Positions 11,280 to 20,678 of a DNA stretch of 64,000 nucleotides are shown in pieces (within the stretch, counting starts at the first letter, position 1; each line of letters begins with the position of its first letter). Origin of the DNA: Bdellovibrionales bacterium (GTDB taxonomy: Bacteria; Bdellovibrionota; Bdellovibrionia; Bdellovibrionales; UBA1609). The position numbers and the translations under genes are program-made. Under the pieces are notes generated by a model that saw only the letters and a program-made list of their open reading frames with translations, searched no databases and was not told where the DNA came from. Where the stretch lies: positions 224,001-288,000 of the forward strand of contig OZ244719.1 of assembly GCA_965219095.1 (NCBI GenBank), in the 5' to 3' direction.

Positions 11280-12044
11280 TTATTTTTTGGAATTGGTATT
11301 ACTAAAGTTTTTTGGTTTAAAGTGTTTGGCATTAATAATACTTGCACTACTTCCTAAAGCTTGAATCACAAAAAGACCTTCTTTCTCAGCCTTTCTAGCT
11401 GAACCTTGATTGGCCTTAAGATAAGCTACAGCACCATAAATTATTTTATCTTTATACAAAGGAAGCATTTGTTTAAAGTTTTTTAATTTGTTTATAAAAT
11501 GAGTCAAATTTTTTAGCCATAAGGTGGTCTTGACTTCTGTCACAACCACTTCACTGCCATTAACTACAATAATGTCAAATTCAAAAGGCTCATCATTCCA
11601 TACCCCGGAAGACTCTTGAGAAATACTCTGCACTTCAATGTTTCTTTCTTGAAGAAGTTTAACTAAATCACCTTTTACCAGAGCCTCCATAAGCTTTCCC
11701 CATTGACCTATAAAAAGTTCGTCTAACTTTGCCATACGTTTATCAGACTTTTTAAACTGACGATCGGTCTCAAGTTTTGACTCTTTTAACAAATGCTCTG
11801 TTTCTTTGTGGGCTTTGGTGATTTCTTTTTGGGATTCTCTGAGTTGGCGGCCAGTCTCTTTTTGAGCTTTAGAGGTTTCTTTGAGTTGGCGGTCAGTCTC
11901 TTTTTGAGCTTTAGAGGTTTCTTTGAGTTGACGGTCAGTCTCTTTTTGAGCTTTTGCCAGCTCTTTAATTCCCTTAAAAGCTCCTTTAATAGATTCCTGA
12001 AGAGCTTTGGGAATCTGGTTGTTTTTTGTTACTTTTATAGCCAT
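11280..12044 (-). CDS. Coiled-coil plus PD-(D/E)XK nuclease-like protein (DUF3782-like)
   Basis: KAQKETDRQLKETS repeats, WGKLMEALV, EFDIIVVNG...VTEVKT motif; last codons derive from an IS630-B end; start set at ATG 12044 (ORF track 12080). Confidence 0.7.
   Translation of the reverse strand: MAIKVTKNNQIPKALQESIKGAFKGIKELAKAQKETDRQLKETSKAQKETDRQLKETSKAQKETGRQLRESQKEITKAHKETEHLLKESKLETDRQFKKSDKRMAKLDELFIGQWGKLMEALVKGDLVKLLQERNIEVQSISQESSGVWNDEPFEFDIIVVNGSEVVVTEVKTTLWLKNLTHFINKLKNFKQMLPLYKDKIIYGAVAYLKANQGSARKAEKEGLFVIQALGSSASIINAKHFKPKNFSNTNSKK
11841..11955 (-). repeat. 42-bp in-frame tandem repeat (~3 copies)
   Basis: CAGTCTCTTTTTGAGCTTT recurs at 42-bp spacing. Confidence 0.85.
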
Positions 12045-12099
12045 ATTATTTATAGTAGTATAAAAAAACTTTCTTTTCAAGTGGTTTTAAAAAAATTTC

Positions 12100-12147
12100 G
12101 CCTCCACAAAAGAACCTCCGGGAACCCACAGATTCTTTTAAGGAGGC
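12100..12147. mobile_element. 48-bp ISL3 ends-only mini-element
   Basis: Reverse complement nearly identical to 32805..32852; derived from the ISL3 right end. Confidence 0.75.
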
Positions 12148-12312
12148 AAATTTTTTATATTTTTTGTAAATGGAGAAGTGTTTTTTCTTGACATACTTTT
12201 TGATAGACACTCTAAAAATTTAACAGAGTTTGATTAAAAAGCCAGGATGCTATGCGTTAAAATAATGCCGAATTAATTTTTGGAAATGGTATGACTTACA
12301 GGCTCTTCCTAT

Positions 12313-13428
12313 TTAAATGAGACTTTCTAAGGGTGTGTATTTCATTTGTAAGTCCACAGCTACAGGTCTGTAAGTAAGATAACCTTTGTAAGTATTGATT
12401 CCTGTAAAAAGTCTTTTATCTTTTTTTAAAGCTTCTTTAAGGCTCCCTGAATCAGCTATAAGAGAGATCCAGCTGATGGTGGCATTGGTTAAAGCGTAAG
12501 TTGAAGTACGTGCCACAACACCCGGCATATTAGGTACACAGTAATGTAAGACTCCAAATTTTTCATAGACAGGTTGTTTGTGATTTGTAGGTCTACAAGT
12601 TTCAATACATCCTCCTTGATCCACAGCCACATCTACAACTACGCTTCCCTGACCCATAGTCTTAATCATCTCCTCTGTAACAAGATGAGGGGCTTTGTGT
12701 CCTGGAATCAAAACGGCACCTATAACAAGGTCCGATTCTCTTATAGTACGAGCTATAACGGTTTGATTAGAATAAAGGGCTTTAATTCTTCCTTGAAATA
12801 AATTGTCTAAGTACTCAAGACGTTTATGAGAAATATCTAAAACCGTTACTTCAGCTCCTAAACCCACAGCCATTTTAGTAGCATTTAAACCCACAACTCC
12901 TCCACCGATAATAGTCACATATCCTTGTTCCACCCCTGTAACTCCTCCTAAAAGAACCCCTTTTCCTCCATGATCTTTTTGAAGATAAAAAGCTCCTACC
13001 TGCGTAGCCATTCTTCCCGCAACTTCACTCATAGGAATAAGAAGAGGTAAAGAACTATCGTAATTTTCAATCGTTTCATAAGCAATGGATGTAGCTTTTT
13101 TTGTGCTCAGAATTTCCGTAAGACGAGGTTCAGCGGCTAAATGTAAGTAAGTAAAGATCAACTGATCCTCTCTAATATATTGATACTCTTCTTCAAGGGG
13201 TTCTTTCACTTTTACAATCATTTCAGCTGAATTATAAACTTCTTTAGCAGAGTCTAAAATTTTAGCTCCTGCTTTTTCATAAGCTTTATTAGAAATAAAA
13301 CTCCCTAAACCAGCATCTTTTTCAATATAAACAGTATGTCCTCTTGCTGTAAGCTCCAATACACTAGCTTCCGTAAGCCCTACCCTATTTTCACTGATCT
13401 TAATCTCTTTAGGAGTTCCTATAATCAT
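12313..13428 (-). CDS. ald: Alanine dehydrogenase
   Basis: [40 protein letters not shown]. Confidence 0.96.
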   Translation of the reverse strand: MIIGTPKEIKISENRVGLTEASVLELTARGHTVYIEKDAGLGSFISNKAYEKAGAKILDSAKEVYNSAEMIVKVKEPLEEEYQYIREDQLIFTYLHLAAEPRLTEILSTKKATSIAYETIENYDSSLPLLIPMSEVAGRMATQVGAFYLQKDHGGKGVLLGGVTGVEQGYVTIIGGGVVGLNATKMAVGLGAEVTVLDISHKRLEYLDNLFQGRIKALYSNQTVIARTIRESDLVIGAVLIPGHKAPHLVTEEMIKTMGQGSVVVDVAVDQGGCIETCRPTNHKQPVYEKFGVLHYCVPNMPGVVARTSTYALTNATISWISLIADSGSLKEALKKDKRLFTGINTYKGYLTYRPVAVDLQMKYTPLESLI

Positions 13429-13660
13429 AACTCTTAATATATATTAACTTGATTTCAAAATTTATACATCAATTTTTCAGTTCATAACTCTGTTTTAAGA
13501 AAATGAATGTATGAACTTTAAAATGGAGGATGTCCCATTTCTCGGTGGAATTCTGTTCAAAAATGGAGCAGATAAGAGGACTCCCTGGTGGATTTTTAAG
13601 TCCACCTAGGGTTTAATAAATATTTAGAATGAATTAAAAATTAAACAAAAGGAGCCCCAA

Positions 13661-14012
13661 ATGAAGAATACAAAAGAAAAAATATCAATTCAAGAACTAT
13701 CGGATCACAAGGAGATTCAAGATGCTGTTCATAACTATATGAAGCATAGAATTCTTGACGTAGTCTACCGGATGTTTAATGACGAAGTCACTAAGCTCTG
13801 TGGTCCACTATACGATCGAGAGGAAGAATGCATGCGAAATGGAAGCGATTCTGGGTCTGTTTATGCTCAAGGACAAAGAGTTTCGATTCAAAAGTCCAGA
13901 GTTAAAAAAGACGGAAAAGATGTCAAACTGCGAACATACTCTGCTTTGAGAAACTACGATGTTTTCACTGAAAAGATTCAGAACCACCTTCTCCATGGAG
14001 TTTCAACAAGGG
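13661..14012 (+). pseudogene. IS256-family transposase N-terminal fragment
   Basis: EVTKLCG..Y.R...RNGS and GVSTR motifs; cut by an IS3 left end at 14013. Confidence 0.7.
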
Positions 14013-14580
14013 TGAACTTCCCCTGTTTCTGCGGACAGTCAATTTTCTCTTAAAGTCTCCATAAAATGGAGGTAAAAGAAGAACGTAGATCCCACTAATA
14101 ACAGAGCTGAAAGAGATCTAAGAATGACTAAGGTGAAAAAGAAAGTGTCAGGGTGTTTCAGAACAGAAGAAATGGAGAAATATTTTTGTCGCATTACCAG
14201 CTATGTTAAAACAATGAGAAATAAAGGGTATTCTTCTTTAGAAGCCATCTCTATGGCTTTAAATAAAAACTTACGAGAGTGAGCAGTTACAAAAAGAGTT
14301 AAAAAGAAAAGAGTCGAGATTCGATTAAAGAAGAAGGATGTAGAAGAGTTAAGTTGTGATAGATATTATATGATCTGACAGTTTTTTATCAAGACCTTAG
14401 AATAAAAACTAGACCTCAACTCAAAAAAAAACGGAAAACTTAAACGGAAGCACTGTATCTATTGTTGTGTGAATCGATTGATGGGTTAAAATAAGTGTAA
14501 AAAAGTGAAGGTAAAATTTAAAATGAAAAAAATCAGTAACACAATTTAATTTACAGGCTCTAAACAGAGACAGTCTCAAT
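14013..14580. mobile_element. Mosaic of IS termini (IS3 left end, IS66-A 3' end, IS481 right end, IS630-A end, GAGCCTGT-type end)
   Basis: Each block matches termini of copies elsewhere in the window (5047, 238, 5771, 34099, 43131). Confidence 0.8.
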
Positions 14581-14758
14581 AAGAAACTTTATCTTGAAGG
14601 CTTTCTCATTTATCCAAAAAAAGGTTCCTTGATCGCTTGGCTCCAGAATTTATACAATAAGAATTATTTACATAAATTTCGTAAAAGGTAGCTTAAAGAC
14701 TTTCTTTTTTCCTGTGCATTGCTCCATTAAACGTCAAAAATCTTCGTACTTGAAGCTC

Positions 14759-15723
14759 TTAAATAATTTCACTATTCCATAATTTTTGCAAAAAAACTTT
14801 CCAAGGTAAAATGTTAATTTTTTCTGAAGTGATCCTCTCTTCTTCATCCAAGGAAACAGCAAAATATTTTTTAATCAACCCTTCTTCTTTTAAAGCTCTC
14901 AAACCTTTAAGATGTTTATCTTGAATTAATTTTGTAGATTTAATTTCTATAGCAACTTTAGAGCCTACAACAAGATCCACTTCCATTTTCGAAGAAGAAC
15001 GCCAGTAGAACATAGGAAAAAATTTTCTTGAATAGCTTAAAAAATCTCGAACTTCAAGAATGATAAAATGTTCGAAAGCTTTTCCAAAAGATTCACTCCC
15101 TTTTTTTATAACTCCTTGCTGAGATAAAGTGTTAGTAATTCCTAAATCAAATAAATAGTGCTTTTCTCTTGAGATGGCCTTTCTTTTTTTTGTCTTTGTA
15201 AAACCTGGAAGAGAAAAGCCAATTAAAGTATCCCTTAAAATTTCAACATAGGTTTTTAAAGTTCCCGGTGAAACCTGAAGGTCTTGAGAAAAACTTTCAT
15301 AGTTAAGCTCTTGTCCATTTGAAAGTGCAATAAGGTCTAAGAACTCTGCAAAAGCCTGTATATTCCTTGTAAATGATTCATTCTGAACTTCTTCTCTCAG
15401 ATAAAGATTGCAATAAGCCTCAAGTTCTTCTTGATATTGAAGGCTGTTATAAATTTGAGGAAGCCCTCCTCGGTTAAGGTATGTTATTAAATTAAATTGA
15501 GGTATTTCTTTTGAAGTAAGAGGAAAGAGAAACATCTGCCATGCACGCCCTGCTAGTAAGTTCACTCCTTTTTTTTTAAGTTTTCTAGCACTACTTCCTG
15601 TTAAAAGAAATTTCTGATTTTTCTTGTGTATGAGACGGTGAACTTCGTCAAGAAGACTGGGCAATTTCTGTATTTCATCGATAACAATGAGAAGCTTGGT
15701 TTTGTGCCTGTTTTCTTCTTCTA
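14759..15723 (-). pseudogene. AAA+ ATPase (AAA_14/DUF4143 type), 5'-truncated
   Basis: IDEIQK Walker B, TGSSAR, LAGRA, GGLP, EVDL...IEIK; Walker A absent, replaced by an IS630-B remnant. Confidence 0.8.
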
Positions 15724-16073
15724 ATACCAATTACAGAAATTAATTCGACATTTTCATGTTCAAATTTAAAATTTTAGAATTGATTTAAGGAAAAGCTTCA
15801 GTTAGGAGATTTTAAAAAAACTTCTTTTGAAGGGAGGTTTAAGTTTTCATAGACGTTTCTTGAATTGATTTTCTTTCTTGCATATGGTGCAAAGCCAATA
15901 GTTTTATCTTGATGTTGGCACTTCTTTCTACTTTGTAAGTAGCCAGAAAATCATACTCCTGAATCTTTGTAAATAAATCTTTTTTTTTTGACACTCTAAA
16001 AATTTAACAGAGTTTGATAAAAAGGCCAGGATGCTATGCGTTAAAAAATGTTGAATTAATTTTTGGAAATGGT
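15724..16073 (-). mobile_element. Internally deleted IS630-B copy retaining both IRs (~350 bp)
   Basis: TACCAATTACAGAAATTAATTCGACATT at 15724 and AATTAATTTTTGGAAATGGTA ending 16073; contains the start of orfA. Confidence 0.78.
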
Positions 16074-16272
16074 ATTAGCTGTAAAAATAAAAAATGGGTG
16101 AGTAGCCTTTTTTCCCCAACTTCCTCCTTTTTCATAGATGATTTACCTCCATTTCACGGAGACTTTAAGAGAAAATTGACTGTCCGCAGAAACAGGGGAA
16201 GTTCACTTTAAGGGTAAAAGCCTATCTTTTTTGGTTCTGCCTCACTGAATAAAGCTTGCTGTTTTCACTGCT

Positions 16273-17274
16273 CTATATAAGATCATTTTTTTGTAAATGT
16301 TTGAGGCTTATGGAAGTTAAAGCTCTTCCACGGGGAGTTTTTTCTAAAAACCCTTCTTTAATTAAAAAAGGTTCATACACTTCTTCTAAAGTATGAGGCT
16401 CTTCGTTGAGAGCTGAACTTAAAGTTCCAATTCCAACAGGGCCTCCTTTAAATTTGTCTCGAATGGTTCTGAGAATCTTTCGATCTATGTGATCTAGACC
16501 TAAGTTATCAATAGATAGTTTTTTCAAAGCATAACAAGTAATATCTTTATCAATAGTATTTTGGCCTTTAACTTGAGCATAATCTCTTACACGTCTTAAA
16601 AGACGGTTTGCAATACGGGGTGTTCCACGACTCCTTAAAGCAAGTTCATAAGCCCCTTCAGGATTTAAATTGATCTTCAATATCTGGGAAGAACGTTGAA
16701 GAATTGTAACTAACTCCTTAGTTTTATAAAAAGATAAGTGTTCTACAATGCCGAAACGATTTCTAAAAGGAGCTTTGAGAAGTCCTGTTCTTGTAGTAGC
16801 TCCAATTAAAGTGAAATAAGGAAGCTGAAATCTCATAGCACGAGCTGCTGGCCCCTCCCCTGTTATAAGGTCTAAAACAAAATCTTCCATAGCAATGTAC
16901 AAATACTCTTCCAGCTGTAAGGGAAGTCTATGGATTTCATCAATAAAAAGTACAGACCTCTCTTCAAGGTTTGTTAAAATAGCAACTAAATCCCCCTTTC
17001 TTAAAAGTGCTGGACCTGAAGTAACCACCATTTTTGTATTTAAAGTTTCTGCTACAATATGGGAAAGAGTTGTTTTCCCTAAACCAGGAGGCCCGCAAAA
17101 AAGTATATGCTCTAAACTTTCCTTTCTTTGTTGAGAGGCTCGAATAAAAACCTCAAGCTTTTCTTTCACTTCTTTTTGTCCAAGAAAATCTTTAAAGGCT
17201 TTTGGCCTTACATTTAAGTCGAGAGATTTTTCATAAGCTATCACCTCGCCTGTAGTGAGTCTTTGTTTTTCCAT
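16273..17274 (-). CDS. ruvB: Holliday junction branch migration helicase RuvB
   Basis: GPPGLGKTT, FIDEIHR, GATTR, RGTPRIANRLL. Confidence 0.97.
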   Translation of the reverse strand: MEKQRLTTGEVIAYEKSLDLNVRPKAFKDFLGQKEVKEKLEVFIRASQQRKESLEHILFCGPPGLGKTTLSHIVAETLNTKMVVTSGPALLRKGDLVAILTNLEERSVLFIDEIHRLPLQLEEYLYIAMEDFVLDLITGEGPAARAMRFQLPYFTLIGATTRTGLLKAPFRNRFGIVEHLSFYKTKELVTILQRSSQILKINLNPEGAYELALRSRGTPRIANRLLRRVRDYAQVKGQNTIDKDITCYALKKLSIDNLGLDHIDRKILRTIRDKFKGGPVGIGTLSSALNEEPHTLEEVYEPFLIKEGFLEKTPRGRALTSISLKHLQKNDLI

Positions 17275-17837
17275 AACAACTCCTTAGATGAATTTAAAAT
17301 AAAAAGGGCCTCTTTAACTATACTTTGTAAGTTCTCTTGATTTTTGACTTTCTCTAGAGCCTCTTCAATTTCATGGCGATGAAAGCCAAGATGGTTCAAG
17401 GTGGAAAAAGCTTCCTCTAAAAGAGGGTTTTTTTCAGAAAGCTTAGAAGTTTTAAGACTATCTTTAAGACAAAGGACCATCTGTTCAGCTTTTTTGCGTC
17501 CTAGTTTAGGAAGTTTAGAAAGAGCTTGAATTTCATTTTTACAAATCATAGAGATAAGGGTTTCAATATTCACATTTGCAAGGATTCTTAAAGCTACTTT
17601 AGGCCCAATTCCCGAAACCTTCCTTACCATTTGAACAAAAATATCCCTTTGTTTTAAAGACATAAAACCAAAAAGCTGAAGTGTATCTTCACGAACATGG
17701 GTATAAATAAAAAGCTCAACTCTTTGCCCTACACTTATGGGGCAGGGGCAAAACACTTCATACCCTACTTCACCTGTCAAAAGAGTAAGACTTTCTTCTC
17801 TCTGAAATAAAACCTTCCCCTTTAAGTAAGAGATCAT
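17241..17837 (-). CDS. ruvA: Holliday junction branch migration protein RuvA
   Basis: MISYLKG, HVRED..LFGF, VSGIGPK; operon context. Confidence 0.95.
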   Translation of the reverse strand: MISYLKGKVLFQREESLTLLTGEVGYEVFCPCPISVGQRVELFIYTHVREDTLQLFGFMSLKQRDIFVQMVRKVSGIGPKVALRILANVNIETLISMICKNEIQALSKLPKLGRKKAEQMVLCLKDSLKTSKLSEKNPLLEEAFSTLNHLGFHRHEIEEALEKVKNQENLQSIVKEALFILNSSKELLWKNKDSLQAR

Positions 17838-18346
17838 AGAATTTTCTCCTTTAATTTCATCTGTCCTGTAAGGTGGTAAAAATGAGAAAGACTTAAGGCC
17901 AGGGCATCTGAGGCGTCTTGTTTTTCCTTAAAATCTCTTAAACCTAGACGATGAGAAACAATTGTTTGAACTTGTTGTTTTGAGGCTCTTCCAAAACCAG
18001 TAATTGTTTTCTTAACCTTAGTGGGATTGTATTCGTAAATCTGAATTTTAAATTCAAAGGCTTTTTGCAGACAAACTCCTCTTACATGTCCTAATTGGAA
18101 AGCACTTTTTACATTTTTACCTAAAAAGATTTTTTCTAAAACAAAATGATGAGGTTTTACGTAGGAAAAAAGCTCATCTAAGAATTGGGATACTTTATGT
18201 AGCTTTTCCTCTAAATATTGAAGAGAAGACAGCTCAAAGGTTCCATAATGAGTGTTTATAGGTTCTTGATTTTGAAAAGAAATAGCCCCATAACCACAAA
18301 TATAAGAGCCAGGGTCAAATCCTAGAACTTTTAAAGTACTTTGCAT
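17834..18346 (-). CDS. ruvC: Holliday junction resolvase RuvC
   Basis: LGFDPG, LGHVRG, KKTITGFGRASKQQV, DASDALA. Confidence 0.95.
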   Translation of the reverse strand: MQSTLKVLGFDPGSYICGYGAISFQNQEPINTHYGTFELSSLQYLEEKLHKVSQFLDELFSYVKPHHFVLEKIFLGKNVKSAFQLGHVRGVCLQKAFEFKIQIYEYNPTKVKKTITGFGRASKQQVQTIVSHRLGLRDFKEKQDASDALALSLSHFYHLTGQMKLKEKIL

Positions 18347-18449
18347 AGTTTTATTAAAACACTTTAAAACAAGCTTGCCTAGCTTTATTTCAGCTTGTTT
18401 CTTAGAAAAGAGGATTGAATTTTTTTATAACAAGTGAGAAAATAATCTC

Positions 18450-19082
18450 GTGAGTTTAGCTTTAAAAAATAAGAATTCAGTTGTTCTAAAGTGTCGGAAT
18501 CTGGAAATTTTAGCTTTAAGGGCTGAAAAGTACAGGAAAAAAAAGCAATTATGCAGTGCAAAATACATCTGTGAACACATCCTCTCCCTTAGTCCCTATC
18601 ACCTTAAAGCTCTCACCACCCTAGGTCGTGTGTTTTTAGAGGAAAAAAACACTTCACAAGCCCTTCAAACTTTTGAGATAATACTTTTAAAACCTCCTCA
18701 AAATCTCTTTTTACTAAAGGAAATGGCCTCTTGTTTTTTAAAAGAAAAAAAGTATAAAAAAACTCTGTTAATATTCAATAAAATTTTGGAACTCGATCCT
18801 CTTTGTACTAAAACTCGTAAAGAAAAACAAAAGATTGAAACCCGTCATATAAGAGAAAAAAAATTAAAAGATCTTGATGAATCCATTAAAGAACAAAATT
18901 TTTTAAAGGCAGAACAGTTAATTAAAGATCTTGAAACTGATGGTTTTTGTCCCGAACTTTCTCAGAGGAGACTTCTTTTCATAAAAAAATTTAAACAGTT
19001 CATGCAAGAGAAAAAAATAAAAACACTAAAACAGTTGATCCAACGTGTAGAACAAAGGAGTGAATTTGTACGGAACGGGTGA
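18450..19082 (+). CDS. TPR-repeat protein
   Basis: Helical TPR-like repeats (ALTTLGRVF, KILELDP). Confidence 0.65.
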   Translation: MSLALKNKNSVVLKCRNLEILALRAEKYRKKKQLCSAKYICEHILSLSPYHLKALTTLGRVFLEEKNTSQALQTFEIILLKPPQNLFLLKEMASCFLKEKKYKKTLLIFNKILELDPLCTKTRKEKQKIETRHIREKKLKDLDESIKEQNFLKAEQLIKDLETDGFCPELSQRRLLFIKKFKQFMQEKKIKTLKQLIQRVEQRSEFVRNG

Positions 19083-19629
19083 CTTTAAAAAGGGACTTCA
19101 TATTATTGTCGATCATGAACCTTATACCATTATAGAGTTTGAACACTTTAAACCAGGAAAAGGAAACCAATTCACTCGTACGAAATTGCGACATCTCATA
19201 ACAGGAAGCCAAGTTGAAAAAACCTTCAAATCAGGGAAAAAAGTAGGGATAGCAAATGTTTATTATCAAGATATGAACTTTCTTTATAAGGATGAGATGT
19301 TTCACTTTATGGCTCCAGATACTTATGAACAGATGAGCATTTCTAAAGATGTTATAGGTGAGATCGCAAAATATCTTTCAGAAAACATGAAAGTCAAGAC
19401 CTGCCTTTTTAATAATAAAATCATCTCTATTGAACTACCCTTACATGTTGTTTTGAAAGTTACTTCCTCTGATCTTAGTCAAAAAAGCATCACAGCCTCT
19501 TCTGCTACAAAACCTGTGACTCTGGAAACAGGTCTTGATATCTATGTTCCCCTTCACATTAAGGTAGGCGATTATATTAAAATAGACACAAAAGAAGGTC
19601 ATTACGTAGAACGAGTGCAGTTTGGCTGA
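19066..19629 (+). CDS. efp: Elongation factor P
   Basis: KPGKG loop, KPVTLETG, VPLHI..GD.IKIDT; AGGAG RBS favours TTG start at 19066. Confidence 0.95.
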   Translation: MYGTGDFKKGLHIIVDHEPYTIIEFEHFKPGKGNQFTRTKLRHLITGSQVEKTFKSGKKVGIANVYYQDMNFLYKDEMFHFMAPDTYEQMSISKDVIGEIAKYLSENMKVKTCLFNNKIISIELPLHVVLKVTSSDLSQKSITASSATKPVTLETGLDIYVPLHIKVGDYIKIDTKEGHYVERVQFG

Positions 19630-19631
19630 TT

Positions 19632-20678
19632 ATGTATAACATAGAATCAAAAATAAGAAAACTCCTTCTCATAACCAACGATTCTTCAAAAATTCATGAG
19701 GGAATTGGTTCCTTTCTTAAAATAGAGAACCTTAGTTATAGCGATAAAAGACGGCTTATAGTTTTTCTTTTTAATATGGGTTCTTATGAATCCATTTTTG
19801 ATTTCTCTATAAAATCTTTAAAAAAAAAAGAACCTCTTTTCTGGGGTGTTTTGTGTGAAATTTTATTTTTGCAGAATATAAAAACTTCCTTACTAATACA
19901 AAAAAATATTTTAAAAGGAGCTTATAAAGAAAAAAAGCTTTCCTTTTTAGCCCTCAGCCCTAAAGCAACTTCATGGGGAAAATTGTTCGAGAAAAATAGA
20001 AAGAGAAAATTTGAAATACTACATAAACTTTATGAAAAAAGACAAAAAAAAATTCAAGATAGAATCAGATATTTTAAAGACAGTGGCATGCCAGAACAAA
20101 CCATGAAGATCATTGAAGATGAATTAAGATCTGATCCTGAAAACAAATCTCTAAAAGAAGAGAGAATAAAAATTAAAGAGATGATTGCTGAAGATATTTT
20201 TGACCAATTTAAATATGAATATGTAGAAAAAAGTCAAATCAAAAGAAAAAAAATTTCAAAAAAAGAAAGAAAAATTTCTCAATTTCTTAGAGAGGAAGGA
20301 AGAAGAATTTTAGAAGCTTCTCCTGAAGTTCACAATGACTTAGCTTTTTTCTTTTATTTTATTGAAGACCATGATGCTGTTATATCTGTTTTAAAAAAAG
20401 TAAAAAATAGAAATTTAAGTTCAGATTGGCTTCACTTAGAAACTCTCATTTTATTTGAAAAGTATCTAGATGCTCTTGAAAAAATAAAAGAAATAGAAGA
20501 AAGGTATTCTTTAGAAAAAACAAGTATTTTTTTTGCCTCCTACTACACGAAGGCCCTATGCTACTGGGGCCTTAAAGAAAAAGAACGAGCTGTTGAGACC
20601 TTAAAAAAACTTATTGAAATTAAACCAAATTACCGATCTGCACATGCTCTTTTAAATAAATGGGAAACACTAGGATGA
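19632..20678 (+). CDS. Hypothetical protein with C-terminal TPR
   Basis: Long ORF in operon; YYTKALCYWGL...PNYRSA TPR-like end. Confidence 0.65.
   Translation: MYNIESKIRKLLLITNDSSKIHEGIGSFLKIENLSYSDKRRLIVFLFNMGSYESIFDFSIKSLKKKEPLFWGVLCEILFLQNIKTSLLIQKNILKGAYKEKKLSFLALSPKATSWGKLFEKNRKRKFEILHKLYEKRQKKIQDRIRYFKDSGMPEQTMKIIEDELRSDPENKSLKEERIKIKEMIAEDIFDQFKYEYVEKSQIKRKKISKKERKISQFLREEGRRILEASPEVHNDLAFFFYFIEDHDAVISVLKKVKNRNLSSDWLHLETLILFEKYLDALEKIKEIEERYSLEKTSIFFASYYTKALCYWGLKEKERAVETLKKLIEIKPNYRSAHALLNKWETLG

Noticed and set aside
16014..16211. ORF-track ORFs spanning IS-end mosaics (also 28242, 28387, 32698, 41762, 49806, 49829)
   Set aside because: Chance reading frames across fused IS termini.
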